Positions 28,201-39,000 of a stretch of 64,000 nt of DNA are shown one piece after another. Source of the DNA: Stylophora pistillata (taxonomy: Eukaryota); contig NW_019217985.1 of assembly GCF_002571385.2 (NCBI RefSeq), positions 383,921 through 447,920 of the forward strand. The letters run 5' to 3'. The stretch's first letter is position 1. Each line of letters starts with the position of its first letter. The notes beneath the pieces are model-generated. The model did no database searches, had not been told where the DNA came from, and saw only the letters and a list, made by a program, of their open reading frames with translations. Both the position numbers and the translations under genes were made by a program.

Positions 28201-28478
28201 AGGTGTATAAAGAAAGCTTATTTAGCCATTTGAAAAAAAACATATATCCCTTTACGCGGAATACTAACAAGAGGGTTACAGTTGACAGAATAAGAGTGAA
28301 GTTCAATGATATTGAAAGTTAATAAACACATTTTCGACCGGGCGTTTGATTGTTAGGTCAAGTCCAAAATGTTAAAAAAAACCATAAACAAAGTAATTAC
28401 GTAAGTACAAGAATTATTTTGGACATACAAACCATACTACTTCAATAACAAAAGCAACATGGATAATTCCAGAACTAG

Positions 28479-28962
28479 CACAGGCAGGCCAAGCTCTCTT
28501 TGAGAACCACACAAGGAACACAATTTGCATATCGATTTATAAGGATTTGTATGGGATTTTCTACAAGACAGCCATAGAGATAGTTAAAAGTGAAAATATT
28601 AAATAAAAATGGCTTACTTTATTCCATACGTGTATTGCTTGCTCCTGATGTCGTTATTTTACCGATTTCACTTGATTTAAGCGGTTTTTTTTAATCCTGG
28701 TATTCTCTTCTTAAAGAGAAGACTTTTTAAGAAGAGAAAACCAGGATTAAAAAAAACCGCTTAAATCCATTGAAATCGGTAAAATAACGACACCAGGAGC
28801 AAGCAACACACGTATGGAATAAAGTAAGCCATTTTTATTTAATATTTTCACTTTTAACTATCTCTATGGCTATCTTGTAGAAAATCCCATACAAATCCTT
28901 ACAAATCGATATGCAAATTGTGTTCCTTGTGTGGTTCTCAATGAGAGCTTGGGCCGCCTGTG
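28479..28962. mobile_element. Fully palindromic MITE, probably P-element superfamily
   Basis: ~235-bp near-perfect inverted arms starting CACAGG and ending CCTGTG; 7-bp target-site duplication GAACTAG at 28472-28478 and 28963-28969. Confidence 0.85.
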
Positions 28963-30036
28963 GAACTAGCTGTTATTGGGTTGATTTTAGCCTCTCCTCT
29001 TCTGCTCGATATAAATTTTAAGTTACGCCTTTCAGGACAGCTCACACCTATCGTAGATAAGAAAAATTATGGCAAACCTTATTTACTAACAGTTCAAATC
29101 CGTCAATGTTTACGCCTGGCGGCCAAGTTTTAAGCCGAAAGGATAACCCCATTGAAATCCCTTGAGACAGACAGTCTGGATGAATTTAAACTTAGAAATA
29201 ATAGGTGAATCGCTTTTCTGGCTAAATAAGGCTACACTCTCAGTTGTTTAGCTAGAAATTTTGTGTTAACGTATTATAAACGAGAATCAAGATAATGAAA
29301 CTTCACTAACAGAAAAATAACAGCATAAAGGCAGTCGCTGTCACAGAAAATGACACTGGTGTGTATAATGTGACCAAACACTTAAAAGCATTGAGTAAAA
29401 TCAGTGTCCGAGAAAGGGAAGTTGACACTTGACAAAAATAGAAACACTTTGTGACACTTTAGAGACAACTCGGCGTCACGCGGTGTAATTGACACGTGAA
29501 ATACGTAAACACTATCGGGAGAACACGTGCCCTTAACAAGCTTCACCATGGGTTCAAACAATCCGTCTGGGCACACGAAGCACCATAGAATCCACAGCAG
29601 TTTGGATGCTATTTACTGCGGCACCTGGACAATTTTAGCCCAAAATGAACTCCTCAAGACCCATTTCCGAAAAAAATTATCCATCCGCGCTCCTCTTTCT
29701 CTACCCCATGTGTCTCTCTCGCTTTGTTCTCCGATTTCATTACGTGCGAAGTTAAGATTTCGCTTTCATTTCAACAAAACTAAAGCGGAAGTAAACAAAG
29801 GTACTTTCCCAGAAAATAAACCAAAAAGATGCAAGTCAGAGACCTCTGCCCGCTGACAAAATTTCGCTTTCAACAAGGGTACCTTGACGATTTTCTTAGC
29901 TTCACTTAAGTTAAACCTGATCACCGAGAAACATTGGCATTTTCGAAACTCAGCCGAACCATACGTCGTTCAAAGAAGTTTTTTTCTCAGGCTTCGACAG
30001 GAATTTTACATTCAAATATCCTGGTCGCGAGATACA

Positions 30037-33000
30037 ATGAGTTCTGATTTAGAAGGTTGTTTCTTAGAAGCAGTTCTCAACGGCGACCAAGGTAAGCATT
30101 TGACTCAGATATAAAATTTATCGCTCAGTCCATTGCTTACTTAACATAATAAAATTAAGCCTTTCCCTTACACTATGTAAACGATCGTCAACAACCGAGT
30201 ATTTTGAAATGGTGGGGAGCGTTTTTCAACCATAGCAGAGCAAAGACCTCACAGGTTATTCCACAGGTTATACAGTCATCAAAATATTAGCAACACTGAT
30301 AAAGAAGTAATTCCGAGAACTGCTTTTGAAACACGTCGTCTAGAAGTGAGTTGGCCAACCGAAAAATCTCTTTCACTCAAAGCGCACGAAAAGTGCTAGA
30401 TATGGATACTTCCGTCTTCAGACTTCTCTCACTTACATCACACGCTGTCCTGCAGAACTTGAGTTTTAGTTATTTCTCTTTCTAAAATACTTGAGGTTTA
30501 CTTTTTGAATTACAGTGCTCTTTTAAAAGAACATGCCCGACATGTTCAAAATTGCAAATTTTATACAGCAAACGATGGTAATAAAGATACATGTGTGATA
30601 TTGATTTAATCATAACTGATCGGTACAAAGGTAAAGAAAGCCAACGTGTATTAAGGAAATATATCAAAATGCCTCCACGTGATTCTCAAGTTATTCATCA
30701 CTGAATTCACGTCAATGGTTACATGTCCTATCCCATCTAGAAAATGCACCCAGTGATGTCTACGAGCCACTACTGCCTGATTACTTCGCAATCAGCCAAC
30801 AAGAATTACCTGATATTCAAGTTAAGTTGTCTGACCTGAAAGATATCTATGACAAAGTTCAGAAAAAGGTGGCACATACATCAGAACAGCGTATAGAAAA
30901 AGGATGGGTAAATGGTGTTGCCTGGTCAACTGGTCAAATAAAGAGTATCACAGTAATAGTTCAGCGCACTCCTGAGGCAGCAGCAAGAGTCAATGATACA
31001 GTAGGTTGGTAACTGCAAGAATAGCAAATTCCATTCATGAATATAGCATAGGTTTGTTTGACACTCGAGGTAAATATATGGAAGCTTTCTTCCATAAATC
31101 AGCAATGGGATGCAATTGGAAAAAGCCCTATCAGTTGCTTGTGCACCGGGAATATCGCTAAAGGCAAATTTATCAGTAAATCAAGTCACTTGGGACTTTA
31201 TTCTAAGTAAAAACAATTATGAAGGCTTTTATACACCTGTATATTTTTTCTCTGGCTTTTTAAGTGATATATAAATTCTTACATCAAAAATCAATTACAT
31301 AGACTTTCTAAATGCCAATATCACTAAACCAGAAGGCAGATATGACACGAATGGTGCATTAAGAGTTGATATTTTGAAACTGTATTACTGAACATTTGGA
31401 TTAATAATTTACTCTCCCACATGGGATACATAATTGCCTATCATGGCCTAGAGAACAGAAAAAAGATAAATATATATAAAACCCTTGTATCTTTAACTGA
31501 CTACCACAAATTGGTTAAATTTCAACAGGGCCTGTGGAGCTTAAAGTTATTTACAAGGAGTATGGAATACACTCTGTAAATTTTTCTTTTGACCTGGACT
31601 CTGCTTACAAGAATTCAAATGGAGACCTTGTCTACGAGCTTGCCAGGGTTGAAATGGATCTAAGAAATGTATGGCAGCTTATCGTCACTGTACATCTAAT
31701 TGATGGCTCACAGAGAAATTTTACTTGGAAAGGGTTTCGCATCAGAACAAAACCAAAACCATCAAAATGTACTGCAGGTACTAGCTCAAAGTAAAGAGAG
31801 GTGGTTAATGTTTCCAGCTTTAAAGCAAATGACATAACAAGAGAACAACATAACATGAATTAATACTAAGACAGTTATACTAATTTTGAGAAAGATGATT
31901 GTTTTCTGTCTAGTTACAATAATGGAATTTACCATCTTTCTTATTCTGTTTTTGTACTGATTTTATGATTTTATTTGCAAGTTTTTTCATTTTAAAGCAC
32001 TTCAGTTAAAAGGATTTAAAAATTCACATATAATAGCTATATATGGTACATGCATAATACATCCACTACAAATTAAAAGCAAATTAATTTTGTCTACTCT
32101 ATAGTGTAACATGGCAACATGGCTTCATTTACATTTTCAGAAATGTAAATAGCACAATTATGTAACAGGCATAAAGGAGTCTAATTATTACAATATTGTC
32201 TGTTGTGCAGTTATATCACAGTTAAGCACATTTTATTTTTTTAGATGGTAGAAGAGATGTTGAGAATACCAATAAAAGGAAGAGATTGGAGCCAGGTACA
32301 TTTAAGCTAATAAGCTAATAACTATGGCAAAGAACTACATAATAATTGTTAAATGTTTATCTTGGATAGATCATTCCTCACAAGCTTTTCCCTAATAGAA
32401 TTGATTTTTTTTTAAATTTGAATCACACCAACATTTAGAATTTATATCTAGACAATTATATCGTGTATGTCATCCATACCTGGGACATTATAGTCGGTCA
32501 GTGCAGCCAACTGGGTTTTTGGACAATGGTAAAGTCTGTTTATGAGCCTAGTGGCCCATTAGGCCAGTGCTTAACTCCAGTTTCTGTAGCATGAAGCGAC
32601 TAGGAGTATTTCTACTCCCCCCTGGATGGGATGCCAGTCCATCACAGGGTTACCCCCAGCATTAAATTGCCGATACCCATTTATACACCTGGGTGAAGAG
32701 AGGCACTGTGAGAGTAAAGTGTCTTGCCTAAGAACACAACCCAATGTCCCGGCTGGGCACGAACCTGGACCACTCGATCTGGAGTCGAGCACACTAACCA
32801 TGAGGCCACTGCGCCTCCACTTTTTTTTTTTTGGACAATACATAGCCAATTTTATCTTTAGTTACAAATGCAGTATTTATTTCACACAGAAAAAAAAAGT
32901 ATATATTACAAAATTAAAAGAAAGTTTTAGCATACAGTATTCACCCTCAAATATTAACTCAGCAGGAAAGGAAAACTGTACACTCAAGACAAACACGATC

Positions 33001-36000
33001 ACAACTTGTTTTGTAAGTCTGACCATGATGCCCTATCCAATATACCACACAAACCTCCAAATATGAGTGCTTGTGAAACCACTGCCCACTGAACCATCAC
33101 ACAAACTCTGCAGCCCACAGATAGATAAATGGGTTCTAGCTGCACTTTTAAGGAAGAAGAGAGAAGAAGGAAAGAAGAATTAAGGTGCCTCCCTTACCTC
33201 CCCCCCTATCATTCCTCACCACCCCATCATAATTAAGAAAGTCTCCCGTGTATAGCATGCATAGCTTGCCTATGTTCTTCATGTAAATTCCTTTGTTTAC
33301 ACCTTCAGATCAATTTTTAAGTGGTTCAGCTGCAAGTCCTTCTACTGATTCACTAAATTCAGGTACTGCAAGTCACACTGTATGGCACCTAAGTTACCTT
33401 TAGTTTGTAATATGGACTCACTTTAACGAGTTTTTATTCAAGCATGAGTAGTGTTAAGAGCCAAGTTAAAGTGTATTTATTTAGCATTTGAGACCATATG
33501 CAGCCTTGCTTGACAGACGACCTTTAAAAAAAAACTTTTTAATGGTCTTCACCAACTCAAATAGATGTAATGCTTCATTTCCTTTTGTTGTGGCACAGGT
33601 AGGAGCGTAAAGCATGAAATAAGGTGACTTGTTCCTTTTTTCCCAATTTGTATAGCTAAGTGATCCAGTTCCTTAAATACTTATTACCAAATTATTACTA
33701 TATTAATTTATCAGATGCTGACAGCTTCCCTGGTAAACTGACAGCTCAAATGGACAAAAATAGTAAGTACAATGGCTTTAATTTCATTCTTGTATGTTTC
33801 AAGACTTAATAAAAACGAACAGCTAGACCAACAGCAACTGAGTTTGTGTTCTAGTCTGTCATATAGAAATAGTATCATAAAAAGTAAATATAAAAAGACA
33901 AAAATTGGAGAGACATCGGTTTACACACCCTGAAAATATTATAAAAGATTGATTTTGATGTGAAGGACAATGTTAGGGACAGTGAGAATCTTTTCTCAGC
34001 TGAAAAGGGCTTTACAACCTTCTGGAAATCAAGTACTTAACAAGGGTGAGAATTAATGAAAATAAATTTATCCAATGAAGGAAAAAAACTGTTCATTACC
34101 TTCAAAGAGGTTTCTCAGCAGCAGTAAGGGCTGGCAGGCATGTTCAAATCTTTATTCAGAGTGTCCGAAGATCAGCTTGTCACCTTTATTTCACTATAAT
34201 CAACACCACACAAAAGTGTCTAACTTTTAAAGCATATAGATCCCATGTGTTTCTGTTCTGAAAGGCACAGCTGAGCACATCACTCAAGTTCTTACCACAG
34301 TTTGATGTCTTCTGTGTCTATTACTGTACAGACCCAATTAAAGTAACATATAATGGTTTTGTTTTTCTTTTATTCAAAAGCAAAAGGTTGTTAATGGTGA
34401 TGTCATCTATGTCTCTGACCCCTACTGGATCATAAGAACCAATCAAAATGTGTGCATTACTCATCTTATCATAAAATATCATACTCACTGAGTTTGAAGA
34501 AAATATTATCAAGTTAACTGACTTAGTACAATTTCATGACTAAGTTGTTACGCCAGCTGTGTTGTTACCAAATTTGGATGAGTTAATGTTTGGTCTAAAA
34601 AATATCACAAAAATGTCACAGTGTCACCCTTTTTATAAAATCAGTTTTGGGTATTTCAATCACCTACACCCCTAGAAGACAAGTAAAGGGTTAATACAGC
34701 AAGGATTATGACTTAATCCTTAGTCATTCAGCATCATCTCTGCAATCTTCTACACAATGTGTGTATTGTTTATGTACTGCCTTGAGTTTCTGACTCAAAT
34801 AACCAGTTCTGTAAATCTTTGAATCCTATTTCCAGCATAGGTTTTCAACTAAAATGAAGGTGAATAATCATTCAAAATATTCTCTCTCGTTTCAATAATT
34901 ATTCTCTCTTTGGTCGAAGGATGCAAACTATTTACAATGATTATTCCTAAGTGATCTACTGTGAAGAACAAATATTGTGAACTCCTTGTTATTTGTGAAA
35001 CCAATAAGTCTCTAGAATTTTTGCTGGTTCTATTCAAATCATGTCGAAATTTATAAAGATACATTTGGCATAACTTTGCGCTCAGTCAAGGATACAAAGC
35101 ACGGAAAGGCTACAAAGTCAAAGCTCCATATTTGTGTGAAACGTACTTGAATTCAGTTTTTCGTATTTCATTATGCATTAATGGCAAAGACAATATTGAT
35201 TGCCTTTGGGACTCATAACGGCTTTGTTAATTGTATGGAATTATTAAGGAAATCGTTCCCTTTCTCAAATAGCAAGAAGGTCATAAGCTTATGTTGGCGC
35301 GCCGAGAAAACGTTTGCGTTCATATTTCAGCACTGAGATAACCTTCCTTTGCCGCCAGAGGGTCTCTTGTGTTTTCGATCTCTTTTTCGACGTGAACTCA
35401 ACCTTGTGTGGTTCGACCTTGGATATCATACCTGAGGTCATGTTTTGAATATGTTTAAGACTGTCTTATTTGACCGTCGCCTCAGGAATATCGTCTTTAC
35501 CCCAATTAACCTAGTTTTCACGTTTAAAAGAGAGAAAAATAGAAAAGAGATGATATTTGTGGATGTATTCATTGCAAACGTATACTGACAGGTGTACTTC
35601 CGACGTATTAACAGACGGCCTGTCAAGAGCTGTGCACAGAGAGCTGAGTAGCAACCGCGTCAAGGTTGCCAATTTTCCCCCACTTTTAGCACCGTAGTTA
35701 CTAAAACAAGGAATGACCTATAATGACCTACAATGATCTACAATGACCTACAGTGAGCTACAATGGGCTACAATGAGCTACAATGAGTTACCGTGGGAAC
35801 GAGGAATGACCTAAAATGACCCACAATGACCTACAATNNNNNNNNNNNNNNNNNNNNNNNNNNNNNNNNNNNNNNNNNNNNNNNNNNNNNNNNNNNNNNN
35901 NNNNNNNNNNNNNNNNNNNNNNNNNNNNNNNNNNNNNNNNNNNNNNNNNNNNNNNNNNNNNNNNNNNNNNNNNNNNNNNNNNNNNNNNNNNNNNNNNNNN

Positions 36001-39000
36001 NNNNNNNNNNNNNNNNNNNNNNNNNNNNNNNNNNNNNNNNNNNNNNNNNNNNNNNNNNNNNNNNNNNNNNNNNNNNNNNNNNNNNNNNNNNNNNNNNNNN
36101 NNNNNNNNNNNNNNNNNNNNNNNNNNNNNNNNNNNNNNNNNNNNNNNNNNNNNNNNNNNNNNNNNNNNNNNNNNNNNNNNNNNNNNNNNNNNNNNNNNNN
36201 NNNNNNNNNNNNNNNNNNNNNNNNNNNNNNNNNNNNNNNNNNNNNNNNNNNNNNNNNNNNNNNNNNNNNNNNNNNNNNNNNNNNNNNNNNNNNNNNNNNN
36301 NNNNNNNNNNNNNNNNNNNNNNNNNNNNNNNNNNNNNNNNNNNNNNNNNNNNNNNNNNNNNNNNNNNNNNNNNNNNNNNNNNNNNNNNNNNNNNNNNNNN
36401 NNNNNNNNNNNNNNNNNNNNNNNNNNNNNNNNNNNNNNNNNNNNNNNNNNNNNNNNNNNNNNNNNNNNNNNNNNNNNNNNNNNNNNNNNNNNNNNNNNNN
36501 NNNNNNNNNNNNNNNNNNNNNNNNNNNNNNNNNNNNNNNNNNNNNNNNNNNNNNNNNNNNNNNNNNNNNNNNNNNNNNNNNNNNNNNNNNNNNNNNNNNN
36601 NNNNNNNNNNNNNNNNNNNNNNNNNNNNNNNNNNNNNNNNNNNNNNNNNNNNNNNNNNNNNNNNNNNNNNNNNNNNNNNNNNNNNNNNNNNNNNNNNNNN
36701 NNNNNNNNNNNNNNNNNNNNNNNNNNNNNNNNNNNNNNNNNNNNNNNNNNNNNNNNNNNNNNNNNNNNNNNNNNNNNNNNNNNNNNNNNNNNNNNNNNNN
36801 NNNNNNNNNNNNNNNNNNNNNNNNNNNNTCAATTTAACAAATGGTAAACACCACAGCGTACACTATTGAGTTATGGATGCACGCGGGAGGTTGCTAAGCA
36901 CGAAAGAAGCGTAAGAGTCGCTCGAGGCGATAGCCGAGAGCGACTCTAGCTTCTTGAGTGCTTAGCAAACCTCCCAAGTGCATCCATAACTCAATAGTGT
37001 ACGCTGTGGTGTTTACCATTTGTTTTATAACATAACATTGATACATTGTAGCTAAAGAGTTCCCGTTTATTTAACAAATCTTACGCGACCAGAAAAAACA
37101 AGCGCGCGCGGAAAAATAGTCTTTGCATTTGCTCACGTCAGCAGCGTACACCCATGGGCAAATGGGGAACGCTAAATTGACCAATCAGAGCGCGCGCTTT
37201 ACTTTGGTTATGTTACAAATTCTGTTATCATTTGGCCTGTTATTCAGTGGACAAAAAGCAAACACGTTACGTTAATGCACACATGTCTCAGTCACGGTCC
37301 TGTTTTTTTTTTTCTTTGCCTTTTTTCTAAAATCTTCATTTCCTTCATCACAGGGATCTTACAGTAGCTCATTGTAGGTCATTGTAGGTCATTGTAGCTC
37401 ATTGTAGGTCATTGTAGCTCATTGTAGGTCATTGTAGGTCATTCCGTGTTTTAGTAACTACGCTTTTAGCGCACGGTGATGGCATTGCAAGTAACGCAGG
37501 GGAAAGAAGCGTTCACTCACTGACCATAAAATCATCATGGAAAAATTGACCTGATAAAAAAAAAATTAATGAGAGTTCAAAGACACTGTTTTGCAGTCAA
37601 TCGAATATCCGCATCAACTAAGGAAATGCTCGGCAGTTATCTTTAAAGGTGTATTCTGCGATGAGAAACTCCTAATAATCATTTGTTTTAAAATCACAGT
37701 TAAAGATTTAGGGAGTTTACACCTTTTCCCTATTTCTTGTTCCTCAAGCCCATTGAATTTCATCAGCTCCTGCAGTGTACTTAAAGCCAAATTTTTGGAA
37801 ATTTTACACCTTTGGATCAGTATTCCAGTGCAATTTCGTTTCAATATCGTATCAAACTAGAATGAAATCTGGGGGAAGTAACTACGTACAGTGCATAGTT
37901 TGTGCACAGCTAGATACAATAGATCCTTTCAGCCTCAAAGATATAATAATTGTAGAAATCATTTAGTGATTAAACTATTTTCCTCTATTTTGCTTAGTTT
38001 TGACCGATTATCTGGAAGCACAGAGGGCTCGCATCAACGATTTGAGGGTCGCGAAGTGGACAACAGAAGGCGCAGACATCGCATATCATCTGAATCTTAC
38101 AGAATCTTCAAAAAGACGGCCTGATCTGGAGGAGGGAGATGTGATTGCCTTTTTGACCAACCCCAACGCAGGAAACACGGAAATAGAGAAACTATCACAA
38201 GAGAATTCATCGCGAGCCGTTTTGGCAGGTGTCATCAGTCGATCAGCTTACATATATGCGCATGCACCTCGTTACGGCAGCGAGAAAGGTAGGTTGTGCA
38301 ATATTTCAAAATAACGGCAAATTACTGAGCATGCTCAGCTTGTTGGTCAGGAAACGAATTTGAGGTTTTCGTGTAACCCGCCCAGTTTTCAAATTATAAG
38401 CTTTACCAGTAAGATTACTATTTTTTTTATACCGCGCGATAGACTTCGCTGAAATGGAGGAACTGCTCGTAGTCTACTTATCAATAGACATCTTACTTGA
38501 TCAAGCTCATCTGAAGTGTGTCTCATCCATGATAAGACGGCTTACAAAACGTTTGTTTTCTTCTTTTTTCTTATTTCTTAATTGAACTTTGGACTGAAAA
38601 GCAGAAAACACTGCATCACTCGCAGACCCGTCCCCATAAAGCTGAAAGGCCTCATATAGCAAGTAACTAGTTCTTGTAACTTCCTGAAGCCCACCATTTC
38701 ATAGTCGGACGAACAAGAGGTTCAGGGGCTCGTTTCTCGAAAGTCCCGGTAACTTTACGGGCCCTTAACTACGGTTTTAAAATCAAAATTTAAAGGATAG
38801 GAAAGCAGGTTCTGGCACCCAAACCAGCCCTTTTTGTTTCTTTAGCTGATAGTTTTATTACATCATTTCAAAACTTTTGAAATCCCCATCTTGAATGAAA
38901 ACAGAACAGCTTTACGGGCCCGTTAAGTTACCGGGACTTTCGAGAAATGGACCCCAGGGCAGGTAATAGGGGTAAAACATTCTTTCTGAAACACCAGGCA

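Larger units (their letters stand above)
35693..37462. mobile_element. Non-autonomous TIR element, Mutator/foldback-like, with (AATGACCTAC)n subterminal repeats; spans the N gap
   Basis: TIRs CGTAGTTACTAAAACA / TGTTTTAGTAACTACG; flanks CTTTTAGCAC and CTTTTAGCGC form a ~10-bp TSD with one mismatch. Confidence 0.75.

Noticed and set aside
35816-36869. Long ORFs of 333-347 aa
   Set aside because: They consist of X residues from the N gap.
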